A stretch of DNA of 64,000 nt from Coprothermobacterota bacterium (GTDB lineage: Bacteria; Coprothermobacterota; HKB111). The stretch lies in the NCBI GenBank assembly GCA_037440465.1, contig JBBIUB010000003.1, positions 29,811 to 93,810 on the forward strand. Direction: 5' to 3'. The translations under genes were made by a program, and so were the position numbers. Below the pieces are notes generated by a model that saw only the letters and a program-made list of their open reading frames with translations, was not told where the DNA came from and did not search any database. Positions 1-11,149 of this stretch are shown here, one piece after another; within the stretch, counting starts at the first letter, position 1, and each line of letters opens with the position of its first letter.

Positions 1-548
1 GTAATAGTTCCGGGTCCTCCTGCCAGTTTTCCACTAAGAATAGTCTGTATGGAATCTATTGCCACAACCTGTGGTTTATAATTTTCAATATCTTCAAGTA
101 CATGTTCCACATAAGGCGAATATTTAAGTAAGACATTTTTTCCTTCTATTCCTAATCTTCTAACCCGCAAAGCCAGCTGTTCCTCCAGCTCTTCTCCAGA
201 AAAATAGAGAACCTTTCCATTAGATGCTAAATAAGGTAATATCTGCATAAGAAGAGTAGATTTTCCTATACCGGGCTCCCCGCTTAAGAGTATTGAAGAA
301 CCTGCTACCACTCCACCGCCCATAACCTGATCAAAACATTCCATATTTGTGCTAAAACGGGAGTGCTCTTTTATTAATACTTCTGAGGCTAATCTTGGTG
401 AGTGATTTAAACCAATTTCTCTTATTGACTCTTCATATACAAGTTTTTCAAAGGAGTCCCATTTCCCACAGGAAGGGCACTTACCCAACCACCTGGAATC
501 AGTAAATCCACATTCTCTACATAAGTACTCAGCTTTTGACTTCTTCAT
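1..548 (-). CDS. radA: DNA repair protein RadA/Sms, 5' part (runs off window start)
   Basis: Not in the ORF track. Manual translation from ATG at 548 gives [30 protein letters not shown] (C4 zinc finger), Walker A GEPGIGKST and VVAIDSIQT. Overlaps the clpC end, the usual clpC-radA order. Confidence 0.95.
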   Translation of the reverse strand, partial: MKKSKAEYLCRECGFTDSRWLGKCPSCGKWDSFEKLVYEESIREIGLNHSPRLASEVLIKEHSRFSTNMECFDQVMGGGVVAGSSILLSGEPGIGKSTLLMQILPYLASNGKVLYFSGEELEEQLALRVRRLGIEGKNVLLKYSPYVEHVLEDIENYKPQVVAIDSIQTILSGKLAGGPGTI

Positions 549-2967
549 ATAGAGGTTTTTTCCTGATGGTTACTTGGTCTCCCCCAACAAGAATTAATTC
601 TATAGTGTCACCCTTTTCAAAGGAACCCTTCAGTATCTCATCAGATATGGGATCTTCAATAAGTTTCTGTATCTTTCTCCTTAAAAGACGAGCTCCAAAT
701 TCAGGATCGTAACCCCAGATAGATATCTTCTCTTTTAGTTCGTTAGAGATAACCAAGCTATACCCCTGATTAGCAATTTCCTTCTCTATCTGAGATAACA
801 TCATATTCACTATCTTTAGCATTTCTCCGTTAGAAAGAGGTTTAAAGACAACAATATCATCAATTCGATTCAAAAACTCTGGGCGAAAAACAATTTTTAT
901 TTCTTCATGAAGCTTGCTTTTTAACCTCTCATAAGATTCCTCATATGAATCACTTGCCCTGAACCCCAAAGAAGATGTTCTTTTAATCTTTGCCATTCCA
1001 ATGTTTGAGGTCATTATAATAACTGTATTAGAGAATGTCACAGTTCTTCCTTGACCATCAGTTAGTCTACCATCATCAAAAACCTGAAGCAAAATATTAA
1101 ATACATCAAAATGAGCTTTTTCGATCTCATCAAGAAGAATTACAGAATAAGGTTTTCTTTTGACAGCTTCTGTAAGCTGCCCTCCTTCTTCATAACCAAC
1201 ATATCCGGGGGGTGCACCAGTAAGACGAGATACCGTATGTCTCTCCATAAATTCTGACATATCAAGTCTAATCATGTATTTCTCATCTCCAAAAAGCGCC
1301 TCCGTAAGTGTTCTTGCCAACTCTGTTTTACCTACTCCGGTTGGACCAAGGAACATAAATACTCCCTGTGGCCTTCTAATATCTCTCATGCCAGTTCGGG
1401 CTCTTCTTATGGCACTTGCCACAGTTCTAACAGCTTCCTCTTGGCCAACAACACGACGCTTAAGAATCTCTTCAAGATTAAGTAGACGCTTCTGTTCTTC
1501 TTCTCTCAAGCGGGTTAAAGTTACTCCAGTCCAGAGAGAAACAACGTGAGTAACATCTTCAACTGACACTAAGCCTTTCCTGCTTTCTCTTCCTTCTCTC
1601 CACTTTTCTACCAAAGTTTTATAACGATTAAGAAGCTTTTTTTCTAAATCTCTATATTTGGAAGCTTCTTCATATTCCTGAGTTTCTACTAATTTTTCCC
1701 TTTTTGTACGAATAGAATTAATTTCACTTTCAAAGCTTTTAATCTCATCTGGTAAATCCTCACCCTTTAAATAAACCCGGGTGCAAGCTTCATCAAGAAC
1801 ATCAATTGCCTTATCTGGCAAGTAACGGTCCTGAATATATGTCTTGCTTAATCGTACTGCTGCCTGTATAGCTTCATCAGAAATTTCAACTTGATGGAAG
1901 GATTCATAACCTGGCGAAAGTCCTGTAAGAATATCAATGGTTTCTTCTCCGGTGGGTTCTTCCACATTAATAATCTGAAATCTGCGTTCCAGAGCAGGAT
2001 CTTTTTCAACATATTTTTTGAATTCACCTGGTGTTGTGGCACCAATGCATTTTATCTCACCCTTAACCATAAATGGCTTCAACATATTAGATGCATCTAT
2101 AGCACCCTCCGCAGCTCCAGCACCCACCAGAGTGTGAATTTCATCAATAAAAATTATCACATTACCACTTTGCTTTTGAACCTCATCAATTAGGTGTTTA
2201 AGTCTTTCTTCAAATTCCCCTCTGTACTTTGTGCCTGCCACCAACCCAGCCAGGTCAATAGAAACAATTCTTTTATCTTTAAGTTTTACAGGTACAATAC
2301 CCTTAACAATTCTCTCAGCTAAACCTTCTACTATTGCAGTCTTTCCAACCCCAGGTAAACCAACCAGGAGGGGGTTATTTTTAGTCCTTCTTAAAAGAAC
2401 CTGAACTAAACGCTCCATTTCTCGTTCTCTTCCAATTACCGGATCTAGCTTCCCCTGTCGAGCAAGCTCAGTCAAATCACGGCTGAACCTGTCTAAAACA
2501 GGCGTTTTACCCTTCACTTTGACTTCATTATTTTCACCAAGAATAGATACTATTTTGTCTCTAACTACATCAAGGGCTAAACCTTCCTCCTCAAGTATTG
2601 CAGCAAGTTGTCCGCCTTGATCAAGAATACCAAGAAGAAGGTGTTCAGTTCCTATTGCTTCATGAGCGAGATAATCTGCTTCTTTACGGGCTGCTTCTAA
2701 TATAAGGTCACTGGCTCGTGAGAATTCCCTTACACCACCAAGGTAAGTAGGTTTCAGATTTGGAGGTGGTAAAATCTTTCTTTGCAACTGCTCAATATCT
2801 ACATCCAATTCCTTGAGGGCTACTACTCCTACTGAATTTCTATCCTGTAAAATAGCAAGCATTATATGAACAGGCTCAAGATAAGAATGACCCCACTGAC
2901 GTGCCAAATCTTGAGCTATTTGTAAAACCTTCTTAGCCCGTTCGGTAAACCTTTTACTGTTATACAA
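529..2967 (-). CDS. clpC: ATP-dependent Clp protease ATP-binding subunit ClpC
   Basis: N-terminal Clp repeats ([10 protein letters not shown]), two AAA modules ([16 protein letters not shown]), short UVR-type middle domain, GAPPGYVGY pore loop and an LGF ClpP-binding loop. Confidence 0.95.
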   Translation of the reverse strand: MYNSKRFTERAKKVLQIAQDLARQWGHSYLEPVHIMLAILQDRNSVGVVALKELDVDIEQLQRKILPPPNLKPTYLGGVREFSRASDLILEAARKEADYLAHEAIGTEHLLLGILDQGGQLAAILEEEGLALDVVRDKIVSILGENNEVKVKGKTPVLDRFSRDLTELARQGKLDPVIGREREMERLVQVLLRRTKNNPLLVGLPGVGKTAIVEGLAERIVKGIVPVKLKDKRIVSIDLAGLVAGTKYRGEFEERLKHLIDEVQKQSGNVIIFIDEIHTLVGAGAAEGAIDASNMLKPFMVKGEIKCIGATTPGEFKKYVEKDPALERRFQIINVEEPTGEETIDILTGLSPGYESFHQVEISDEAIQAAVRLSKTYIQDRYLPDKAIDVLDEACTRVYLKGEDLPDEIKSFESEINSIRTKREKLVETQEYEEASKYRDLEKKLLNRYKTLVEKWREGRESRKGLVSVEDVTHVVSLWTGVTLTRLREEEQKRLLNLEEILKRRVVGQEEAVRTVASAIRRARTGMRDIRRPQGVFMFLGPTGVGKTELARTLTEALFGDEKYMIRLDMSEFMERHTVSRLTGAPPGYVGYEEGGQLTEAVKRKPYSVILLDEIEKAHFDVFNILLQVFDDGRLTDGQGRTVTFSNTVIIMTSNIGMAKIKRTSSLGFRASDSYEESYERLKSKLHEEIKIVFRPEFLNRIDDIVVFKPLSNGEMLKIVNMMLSQIEKEIANQGYSLVISNELKEKISIWGYDPEFGARLLRRKIQKLIEDPISDEILKGSFEKGDTIELILVGGDQVTIRKKPLYEEVKS

Positions 2968-3068
2968 CTCTCCATCTCCGTCGATTCATATAAATCATCT
3001 AATTAGTAATTTTACCCTTATACATTAAAATACAAGTGTAGAATTTGGTATTAATAGTTTACCCGTTA

Positions 3069-5147
3069 TTAACTCTCTTCTTCCTCTATCTTCTTCCCAT
3101 GTTCAGCAATAATCTTCTCTTGAACCAATGCTGGAACTTCTTCATAGTGAGAAAATTCCTGAACATAGCTTCCTCTACCTTGAGTCACAGATCTAAGAGC
3201 AGCTCCATAATGAAGTATTTCTGACATAGGAGAAAATGATTCTATTCTTTTAAAATTCTTCTCTTCTCCAAATCCAAGTATTCTGGCTCTACGCGTGTTC
3301 AGATCAGAAATTACATCACCCATAAATTTATCAGGCACAGTGACAATGAGTTTCATAACTGGTTCCAAAATAACCGGTTTAGCACGTTGCATACCCCTCT
3401 TAAGTGCCATCTGACCTGCAATCTTAAACGATATGTCAGAAGAATCAACTTCATGGTATGAACCATCGTAAAGAACAACTTTTATATCAACTATTGGAAA
3501 CCCAGCAAGAACTCCTTCAAGTAACGCTTCTTTTACTCCTTTCTCAACAGAAGGCACATAATTCTTTGGTACTGAACCCCCAAATAATTCCTCATCAAAA
3601 ATGAACCCTCCACCTCGCGCTAAAGGTTCTATTCTAATAAAAACATGTCCGTATTGACCACGACCGCCAGTTTGCTTCTTATGTTTGTATTCACTCTCTA
3701 CTTTTATCTTGACTGTCTCTTGATAGGGTATCTTGGGCTCCTCGAGAATTACTTTTGCACCGAACTTGGACTGTAGTTTTTCAACTACTGTTTCAACATG
3801 TATATCTCCCATCCCGATAATTAGAACCTGATTTGTGTTAGAATCCCGAGAAACTTTAAGAGTTGGGTCACTGATAAGAACCCGCTGAAGTGCACCACTT
3901 AATTTATCTTCATCACCCTTGCTCTTCGGCCTGATAGCAACAGTTACCATGGGAGGAGGATAAGAAATGGGTTCATATAATACTGGACTCCCTTTATCGC
4001 AGAGCGTATCATTAGTGGTTGTATCCTGCAATTTTGCAACTATTACAATATCCCCCGCTATTGCTTCTTCAACAATAAACTGATTCTTTCCTCTCATTCG
4101 GTAAAGCTGGCTTATTTTTTCTTCTTTACCCTTATTACTGTTAAGTACTACTGTATCAGGCGTTAGTCTACCAGTGTGAATTTTTAGGAAGTTAAGTTGT
4201 CCTACATAAGGGTCTGCTATAGTTTTAAAAACAAATGCACTGAAAAGTTTTTCTGGCGAGGATATTAATGTGTTTTTCTCCCCGGTTTTGGAGTCTATTA
4301 TAGCCATCTGTTTCTGATTTGATTCAGGAAAATTTTTAATATAGTAAAGAAGCCTCTTAATCCCCGAAAGGTTAAAGGCTGAACCAGCTAAAACTGGAAA
4401 AACTCTTCTTTCCCTTACCCCTTTTTCGAGGGCAGCGTTAAGCTCTGAAATTTCCAGTTCCTCACCTTCTAAGTACTTAGTAAGGAGTTCATCATCCAGT
4501 TCTGCCAAACGTTCAACCAACATCTCACGCCATCTACCATATTCCTTCTTAACACTTTCAGTAGTTAAAGATGCCTTCTCTTCCTTTCCTTTAGGGATAT
4601 CAAAGGTTTCCCATGTCAACAAATCAATCACTCCTGTAAAACTATTACCTTCTCCAATTGGAACTACTAAAGGAACAATGGAAGAACCAAAGAGGTTTCT
4701 GAGCTGTTCAAGATTCTTAAAATAAGTCGAACCTTCTCTTTCCATCTTATTAATAAAGAAAAACAAAGGTAGTTCATAATCCTGAGCATAACCCCATATT
4801 TTCTCTGTTCCCACTTCAACTCCCGATATGCCAGAGAGCAATAAAAGTAGACCATCTGATACCTTTAATCCAGATTTGATTTCACCAACGAAATCGTCAA
4901 AACCTGGTAGATCCAAGAGATTAACCTTAATACCATTAAGAGAAAAGGGAAGAAGAGAAAGATTAATACTCGTTCTTCTCCTTATCTCTTCAGGATCATA
5001 ATCAGAAAGAGTATTGCTTTCTTCAACTTTACCCACACGATCAGTGACTCCTGTCAGATAAAGAATGGCTTCAGAAAGTGATGTTTTACCAGCACCTGCG
5101 TGGGAAGCCAGAGCAACGTTTCTTAATGTGACTTTTTCGTCTTTCAT
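3069..5147 (-). CDS. Elongation factor G-like protein (EF-G2 type paralogue)
   Basis: Full EF-G architecture (NKME, KKQTGGRGQYGHV, GSYHEVDSS, LRSVTQGRG). G1 (ASHAGAGKTS) and G3 (DLPGFDDF) are divergent, and the gene is not in an str operon. Confidence 0.9.
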   Translation of the reverse strand: MKDEKVTLRNVALASHAGAGKTSLSEAILYLTGVTDRVGKVEESNTLSDYDPEEIRRRTSINLSLLPFSLNGIKVNLLDLPGFDDFVGEIKSGLKVSDGLLLLLSGISGVEVGTEKIWGYAQDYELPLFFFINKMEREGSTYFKNLEQLRNLFGSSIVPLVVPIGEGNSFTGVIDLLTWETFDIPKGKEEKASLTTESVKKEYGRWREMLVERLAELDDELLTKYLEGEELEISELNAALEKGVRERRVFPVLAGSAFNLSGIKRLLYYIKNFPESNQKQMAIIDSKTGEKNTLISSPEKLFSAFVFKTIADPYVGQLNFLKIHTGRLTPDTVVLNSNKGKEEKISQLYRMRGKNQFIVEEAIAGDIVIVAKLQDTTTNDTLCDKGSPVLYEPISYPPPMVTVAIRPKSKGDEDKLSGALQRVLISDPTLKVSRDSNTNQVLIIGMGDIHVETVVEKLQSKFGAKVILEEPKIPYQETVKIKVESEYKHKKQTGGRGQYGHVFIRIEPLARGGGFIFDEELFGGSVPKNYVPSVEKGVKEALLEGVLAGFPIVDIKVVLYDGSYHEVDSSDISFKIAGQMALKRGMQRAKPVILEPVMKLIVTVPDKFMGDVISDLNTRRARILGFGEEKNFKRIESFSPMSEILHYGAALRSVTQGRGSYVQEFSHYEEVPALVQEKIIAEHGKKIEEEES

Positions 5148-5269
5148 ATATAAATCCTCCAGAATAATTTTTATGCAATCTTATATATCTATTGTTTTTA
5201 TTATACCCTAAAACTCTATTCTCACTGCATTAGTAAATAAGTTGGGTAACATCTCTCATGCTATTTATA

Positions 5270-5298
5270 TTGACACTTCTTCATCTCTCCCTTATAAT
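5270..5298 (+). promoter_or_regulatory. Sigma70-type promoter of the tRNA cluster
   Basis: Perfect TTGACA-N17-TATAAT about 40 nt upstream of tRNA-Leu. Confidence 0.85.
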
Positions 5299-5337
5299 TA
5301 TTATTGCTGGCTTAACAGCATTACTAACATATATCAA

Positions 5338-5422
5338 GCCCGGGTGGTGGAATTGGCAGACACGTACGTTTGAGGGGCGTATGGGGAGACCCTTGTGAGT
5401 TCAAGTCTCACCCCGGGCACCA
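5338..5422 (+). tRNA. tRNA-Leu(GAG)
   Basis: GCCCGGG acceptor stem, anticodon loop TTGAGGG, long variable arm, GTTCAAGTC T-loop, encoded CCA. Confidence 0.95.
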
Positions 5423-5428
5423 TAAAAA

Positions 5429-5503
5429 GGGCGGATAGTTCAGCGGGAGAACGCTTGCCTTACACGCAAGAAGTCACAGGTTCGAATCCTGTTCCGCCCA
5501 CCA
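5429..5503 (+). tRNA. tRNA-Val(TAC)
   Basis: GGGCGGA/TCCGCCC acceptor stem, anticodon loop CTTACAC, GGTTCGAATCC, CCA end. Confidence 0.95.
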
Positions 5504-5523
5504 TATATAATATATTTGTAAGC

Positions 5524-5600
5524 GGGGGCGTAGTGCAGCGGCTTAACACGCCGGCCTGTCAAGCCGGAGATCGCGGGTTCGAAACCCGTCGTCCCCGCCA
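5524..5600 (+). tRNA. tRNA-Asp(GTC)
   Basis: GGGGGCG/CGTCCCC acceptor stem, CCGGC-CTGTCAA-GCCGG anticodon arm, GGTTCGAAACC, CCA end. Confidence 0.95.
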
Positions 5601-5665
5601 TAATGTATCAATAAATATCTAATATTTGCCATAGTGGTTTCTTTCCTATGTTAACATCAAACTGC

Positions 5666-5694
5666 TTGACATCTAAGTATCTTAAGAATAAAAT
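5666..5694 (+). promoter_or_regulatory. Sigma70-type promoter of proS
   Basis: TTGACA-N17-TAAAAT, followed by a GGAGG SD before the ATG at 5744. Confidence 0.75.
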
Positions 5695-5743
5695 AACTTA
5701 AATATTTTTTTAAGTTTTCACACTTCCGGAGGTTTAACTGATA

Positions 5744-7501
5744 ATGAGAACAAGTAAACTTTTCGCTCCAACTCTGCGGGAAGACCCAGCAGAAGCAGAA
5801 GTTGACTCCCATAAACTATTGCTAAGAGCTGGATTTATCAAACAGGTAGCTGCAGGAGTATTTGTTTTCCTTCCTCTTGGTCTAAGGTCTATTAAAAAAA
5901 TAGAAAATATAATCAGAGAAGAACATGACAAAATCGGTGCTCAGGAAGTATTTCTTTCAGTTCTTCAACCAAGAGAACTCTGGGAAGAGACTGGTCGCTG
6001 GGACCTTTATGGTGATATTCTTTTTCGTCTAAAAGATCGACGGGGTAGAGACCTAGCTCTGGGTCCTACTCATGAAGAACCAATTACGGATATAATAAGA
6101 AACTTGGTCAATAGTTACAAAGAATTACCCATTGCTTTATATCAAATCCAGACAAAATTTCGTGATGAACTTCGTCCACGATTTGGACTCATCAGGGGAA
6201 GAGAATTTTTAATGAAAGACATGTATAGCTTCCACGAAACACCAGAAAACCTGGAATCTTTTTATAGTCATGTAAGTAGAGCTTATGAGAGAATCTTTTC
6301 CCGCCTTGGGTTAACTTACCATCTTGTAGAAGCTGATCCCGGAACCATAGGTGGCTCAGCCAATCATGAATTCCTGGTACCAGGTCTTTCTGGAGAATCC
6401 CAATTTTTCATATGTGATAACTGTGGATACAAGGCAACTTCTGAAAAAGTTACTGGTGGTGTTGCAATAATGCCACCAAAAAATGAAATCTCACCAATCA
6501 AGGAAGTTTATACTCCGGGAACTGATAGTATTGAAAAACTCTCTGAATATCTAAAAGTAGAACCCAGCGAGATAATTAAGACGATGGTATACATAATTGA
6601 TGGGAAGTCAACAATCGTTTTATTGAGGGGTGATTATGAGGTTAATGAGACCAAGGTTATAAATAAACTTGCTGCCATTGACATAAGGGTGGCTACGGGA
6701 GAGGAAGTTCTGACTCTATTCTCCTCTCCAGTTGGTTTTCTTGGTCCGGTAAATCTCCTAACCAATTTACCAATACTTGTTGATGAAAGTATTTTTACTG
6801 TAACATCAGGAGTTGTTGGAGCTAACAAAGAAGATTACCATTTATCTGGTTTTAACCCTCAAAGGGATTTACCCACTGGAATCATCAGGGGTGATTACAG
6901 AAACACCAGAAATGGAGACCTCTGCCCTCATTGTTACCAGTCTTTAAAGGAACTGCAGGGCATGGAAGTTGGTCATGTCTTTAACCTTGGTTCTAAATAC
7001 TCACATTCAATGAAGGCTACTTTCACCGATAAAGATGGCAAAGGACAGAAATATTTAATGGGTTGTTACGGCGTGGGCATCAGCAGAACCTTACAATCCA
7101 TTGCTGAAGAACATCACGATGAATTTGGGTTGAAGTGGCCCATTGCATCAGCCCCCTATGAAGTAATTATAATACCTATTGACTATCGCGATACCGAACA
7201 GAAAAAAGTGGCCGAAGAGCTTTATTTTAATTTACAAGAAGAAGGGTTGGAAGTCGTTCTTGATGACCGAGAAGTAACTGCCGGGGTTAAGTTTAACGAT
7301 GCTGACTTAATTGGCTACCCAATTAGAGTGACTATAAGTTCCAGAACCCTCAAACAGTATTCTTTGGAAGTAATGTTGAGAAAAGATCGATCTACTACAC
7401 TGATTCCGACTAATACAGCTAAATTCTACATTAAAGAGGTTAAAGCCAAATTATTTAATGAATTAATTGAAAGAACTCCTCCCCTTCTAACCTCCAGCTA
7501 A
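5744..7501 (+). CDS. proS: Proline--tRNA ligase (bacterial type with editing domain)
   Basis: MRTSKLFAPTLRE start, LGPTHEE, KFRDELRPRFGLIRGREFLMKD, INS domain, MGCYGVGISR. Confidence 0.97.
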   Translation: MRTSKLFAPTLREDPAEAEVDSHKLLLRAGFIKQVAAGVFVFLPLGLRSIKKIENIIREEHDKIGAQEVFLSVLQPRELWEETGRWDLYGDILFRLKDRRGRDLALGPTHEEPITDIIRNLVNSYKELPIALYQIQTKFRDELRPRFGLIRGREFLMKDMYSFHETPENLESFYSHVSRAYERIFSRLGLTYHLVEADPGTIGGSANHEFLVPGLSGESQFFICDNCGYKATSEKVTGGVAIMPPKNEISPIKEVYTPGTDSIEKLSEYLKVEPSEIIKTMVYIIDGKSTIVLLRGDYEVNETKVINKLAAIDIRVATGEEVLTLFSSPVGFLGPVNLLTNLPILVDESIFTVTSGVVGANKEDYHLSGFNPQRDLPTGIIRGDYRNTRNGDLCPHCYQSLKELQGMEVGHVFNLGSKYSHSMKATFTDKDGKGQKYLMGCYGVGISRTLQSIAEEHHDEFGLKWPIASAPYEVIIIPIDYRDTEQKKVAEELYFNLQEEGLEVVLDDREVTAGVKFNDADLIGYPIRVTISSRTLKQYSLEVMLRKDRSTTLIPTNTAKFYIKEVKAKLFNELIERTPPLLTSS

Positions 7502-7720
7502 GGGCGAGAGAATAAATACTTCCTCTCCCCCTTGAAGGAGAACATCCTTCCCTACAGCTTTTCCATTTACAAGAAAAGCCATAGCTTGATTGGAGGAAAA
7601 ACCCAGGGTTTCGAGAACCTGGGAAATAGTTAGCGGTGTATCTATAGAAACAGTTAACTCATCTTGATTTTTAAAGTAAAGCTCTTTAAGATGACCCAGA
7701 ACCTTGAATGTTACTTTCAC
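7487..7720 (-). CDS. MoaD/ThiS family sulfur carrier
   Basis: 77 aa with a C-terminal LSPLAGG diglycine; follows the AOR gene directly. Confidence 0.9.
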   Translation of the reverse strand: MKVTFKVLGHLKELYFKNQDELTVSIDTPLTISQVLETLGFSSNQAMAFLVNGKAVGKDVLLQGGEEVFILSPLAGG

Positions 7721-9573
7721 TATTTGTAAAAACCTCTCTTTTTCAAATCCTCTACCACAAAATCCAGTCTTAGCTCTTTAAGCTTCTCTTCTTTAGGCAG
7801 ACCATTGTCGTCCCACCCCCGAAGAGCATAATACTCATCTAAAAGCTTATGAATAAGCTCTTCTGAGATATATTTACCTTCTGCAGGACCTGTGGGGACA
7901 GGTTCTTTATACCATCTTTTAGGTGGAAGGTCAGAACTTCTGCCAAAACCAGGAACCTCCCTGAACCAATATGCACGGGTCAAATTCCAGATTTTCTCTG
8001 AGATTCTTAAAAGGTCTTCCCAAGAGTAAGGAAAACCGGTAATAGCCTGAAATATAGGCTCGTAATGATTTAGAGAAAGGCCAATTTCCACCCACTGAAG
8101 ACGACAGGAACCAAGAGCATCAAAAAGAGGTCTTATATGTTGGAGTTCTATTACCCTCTTAGCTTTACCCTCTATTTTATCTCTACCTACTTGAACATCA
8201 TAAGTAAAAGCCCAAGCTCTATTGTGGTGTGCCCCAACATCAGCGGTCATATAAGCCAACATCATGGCTGGAGCATATCTGGACTCATATCCACTTATCT
8301 CCATACCTTTAATCTCCATAGCATAATCCTGACTTCCCATGCCAAGTACCTTTGCTGTTTCTCTAACACCTTTCGCCAGAATATCTCCTAAACCTTCTCT
8401 CGTGGCTATCCTGTTAGCCAGTGAAGCCAGTCCCTTTACATCACCCCATGCTACCTTTCCGCCCATATCTGTTTCACTAAGGACCCCTTTTTCCTGAGCT
8501 TCTAAAGCAAAAGCCAGAACATTTCCTCCCGAGATTGTATCAAGACCGAGGTCATCCAGAACATAATTAAGGTAAGCCACCTCATCAATATCTTTCAAAA
8601 GAAGATTCCCACCAAGTAAGGCTATAGTTTCATATTCAGGACCTTCAACATAAATATCTTCAGTATCCATTTTCACTCTGGAATATTTACCGCATGGTGT
8701 GGGGCACCCAAAGCAACCCTTGTCAGTCACCACTATCTTTTCTCTCATCACCTCACCGACAAGATTTTCATACCCTTCCATATAGGATGCCCAGAAATTT
8801 TTGGTGGGAAAAGCACTGTTTTCGTTAACCCAGCGAACCACTCCGGGTGTGCCATAATCAGTCCAGTAAGCATAACCAGGCTTATTTCTAACATCTTCAT
8901 ACATCTTCTTGCCTAATTCTAATACTCTCACAGGGTCCTTTAAGGGGAAACCTTTTGTACCTCTAATTCCCACAGCTTTAATCTTTTTATACCCCATCAT
9001 AGTTCCCATACCAGCCCTACCAGCCTGACGACCAAAGTCATGATTAATGCAAGCAAAATTCACTAGATTTTCCCCTGCAGGTCCTATAACCATAAACTCA
9101 AATTCTTCACCAAATTCATGCTTTAAGAGCCTTTCTGTCTCAAAAGCACCCTTTCCCCAAAGGTGAGAAGCATCTCTAAAAGTAATGTTATTATCATCAA
9201 TGAGAATTATAATGGGTTCCTCACTCACTTCTTTTATCACAATCAAATCATAACCAGCAAATTTCATTTCTGATGCAATATGCCCACCCATATTGGAGTC
9301 CCCATACCCTCCCGTTAGGGGCGATTTTGCACCTATTTCCACCTTTCCAGCCCCTGCAACCAAGGTTCCTGAAAGAGGTCCAGAAGCAATGTAAAGGTGA
9401 TTATCATCACTTAGTGGTTTTACTCCTGATGGAGTATGAGTATATTCCATGAAGGCCGTAAAACCTCTGCCCCCCAGAAAGTTCTCAGCCATATAATTAT
9501 CCGTTAATGTTATTGAACTACATCTCTTTCCTAAATCTATCCACAGAGTTTTTCCTCCATATCCATAAAGCAT
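7720..9573 (-). CDS. aor: Aldehyde:ferredoxin oxidoreductase (W/Mo-bis-pterin AOR family)
   Basis: GYGGKTLWIDL, KSPLTGGYGDSNMGG, AGRAGMG, CFGCPTPCGK Fe-S ligands, EGPEYET, DDLGLDTIS, YYALRGWD. Confidence 0.93.
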   Translation of the reverse strand: MLYGYGGKTLWIDLGKRCSSITLTDNYMAENFLGGRGFTAFMEYTHTPSGVKPLSDDNHLYIASGPLSGTLVAGAGKVEIGAKSPLTGGYGDSNMGGHIASEMKFAGYDLIVIKEVSEEPIIILIDDNNITFRDASHLWGKGAFETERLLKHEFGEEFEFMVIGPAGENLVNFACINHDFGRQAGRAGMGTMMGYKKIKAVGIRGTKGFPLKDPVRVLELGKKMYEDVRNKPGYAYWTDYGTPGVVRWVNENSAFPTKNFWASYMEGYENLVGEVMREKIVVTDKGCFGCPTPCGKYSRVKMDTEDIYVEGPEYETIALLGGNLLLKDIDEVAYLNYVLDDLGLDTISGGNVLAFALEAQEKGVLSETDMGGKVAWGDVKGLASLANRIATREGLGDILAKGVRETAKVLGMGSQDYAMEIKGMEISGYESRYAPAMMLAYMTADVGAHHNRAWAFTYDVQVGRDKIEGKAKRVIELQHIRPLFDALGSCRLQWVEIGLSLNHYEPIFQAITGFPYSWEDLLRISEKIWNLTRAYWFREVPGFGRSSDLPPKRWYKEPVPTGPAEGKYISEELIHKLLDEYYALRGWDDNGLPKEEKLKELRLDFVVEDLKKRGFYK

Positions 9574-9576
9574 TGA

Positions 9577-9975
9577 TTATCCCTCCTTTTCAAAGTTTAT
9601 AGCCCCATGTGGGCAGACCACACTACAATCACCACACCAGTCGCATTTAAGTGGTAATCTGGAATCTACATCCATAAAGAGAACTTTCTTAGGACATACC
9701 TCAAAGCATAAACCACATTCAGTACAAAGTTCTTTATTAAGCTTCACAATGCCTTTATCAAAAAATAAGGCTGATGTTGGACATATATTTGAACAATCAC
9801 CGCACTGATCACAAAAGTTAACATGATAAACGCCTGGAATAGGAAATTCACCATTTATCCTTATGGCTCCTTTAGTAGGATTATTTTCCATAAGCTTTGC
9901 AAGAGAACATACAAGTTCACAAGCTTTACAACCCGAACATCGTTTATCTTCAACTAACATTTTAGCCACTTTCAT
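9577..9975 (-). CDS. Multi-[4Fe-4S] electron transfer subunit of the AOR
   Basis: Four CxxCxxCxxxC motifs; immediately upstream of AOR. Confidence 0.88.
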   Translation of the reverse strand: MKVAKMLVEDKRCSGCKACELVCSLAKLMENNPTKGAIRINGEFPIPGVYHVNFCDQCGDCSNICPTSALFFDKGIVKLNKELCTECGLCFEVCPKKVLFMDVDSRLPLKCDWCGDCSVVCPHGAINFEKEG

Positions 9976-9997
9976 TAACCTCCTTCAAAAATTATGT

Positions 9998-11149
9998 CTA
10001 CCCAACTACACTTGGTTCTTTTATAAGTTCCCCTCTCACAAACCTGTGATAGTCAAGCGCATTTATATTTATTGAGGGTTCTTCTCCCAATATAATTTGT
10101 GATAGAAGCTCTCCACTCATTGGAGATAGCATAAAACCGTGACCTGAAAAACCTGTAGAAATATAAAGACCTTCTACTTCTGATATTTTACCAATAATTG
10201 GTGTTGCATCAGGAGTCATATCATAACTCCCACCCCATTGCCTTACAACCCTTACATTCTTGAAAAATGGAAAAAGCCTGTTTATCTTTTTACTCATAGT
10301 GCGGAGAAAATCAAAGGTAGAAGAAATGTCCTCTCCTTTAGGTTCATTGGGATCACCACAACCCATAATAAAACTGCCATGAGGTGTTTGTTGACAATAT
10401 AAGTTTAGTGAAAAAGAGATGACCATTGATTTAACCATAGGTTCTAAGGGTTCTGTTACTAATGCCTGGTGTTTTTCTCCCCATAAGGGTATTTCAATAT
10501 CAATATCTTTTAATAAATTTACGGTATTAATACCGGAAGTTACCACAACCTTATCTGCATAAATCTTTCCCTTTTCTGTTTCAACTCCTACTATCCTTTC
10601 TTTCTCTCTTATGAGTTGATTAACAGGAGTAAATTTCTTTATTTCTACTCCCATTCTGGATGCAGCTTCTCCATAGGCAAAAACTACTCTATGGGGGTCA
10701 GCGTATCCGTCTCTCCCATGAAAGGTACCACCCAGTACTCCCTCAATATTCAAGTAAGGTACAATTTCTTTTGCTTCAGCAGGAGTTATTAATAATGATC
10801 TAATCCCAAAAGAATTCTGTAAAGTTACATTTTTTCTGAGTTGCTCAAATTCGCTTTCTTGATAAGCGAGTATAAGATAACCTCCTTGCTTAAGATGTAT
10901 TCCCCCTGGAAAATTCAGTTCTTCGTCCATCATTTCAAATTTCTCAAGGGATTTTAAAGCCAGAAGACAATTAATAGGAAGTCCCCATTGTGCCCTGATA
11001 CCGGCAGCGCAAGCACCAGTAGCACCTGAACCAAGATAGTTCTTTTCAAGTAGAATGATTTTACCTGCCTTCTTTGAAGCCAGATGATAAGCCAGAGATA
11101 CCCCCTGACATCCACCTCCTACAATGATGATATCTGCAGTTTCAATCAT
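9998..11149 (-). CDS. FAD-dependent amino-acid dehydrogenase beta subunit (DAO / sarcosine oxidase beta / proline dehydrogenase PdhB family)
   Basis: IIVGGGCQG FAD motif, GATGACAAGIRAQW, YDMTPDATPIIG, GFSGHGFMLSP. Confidence 0.85.
   Translation of the reverse strand: MIETADIIIVGGGCQGVSLAYHLASKKAGKIILLEKNYLGSGATGACAAGIRAQWGLPINCLLALKSLEKFEMMDEELNFPGGIHLKQGGYLILAYQESEFEQLRKNVTLQNSFGIRSLLITPAEAKEIVPYLNIEGVLGGTFHGRDGYADPHRVVFAYGEAASRMGVEIKKFTPVNQLIREKERIVGVETEKGKIYADKVVVTSGINTVNLLKDIDIEIPLWGEKHQALVTEPLEPMVKSMVISFSLNLYCQQTPHGSFIMGCGDPNEPKGEDISSTFDFLRTMSKKINRLFPFFKNVRVVRQWGGSYDMTPDATPIIGKISEVEGLYISTGFSGHGFMLSPMSGELLSQIILGEEPSININALDYHRFVRGELIKEPSVVG

Noticed and set aside
5395..5622. 75-aa ORF in the ORF track
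   Set aside because: It overlaps three clear tRNA genes.
5524..5640. Integrative element at the tRNA cluster
   Set aside because: No integrase and no duplicated tRNA 3' end were seen; proS follows directly.
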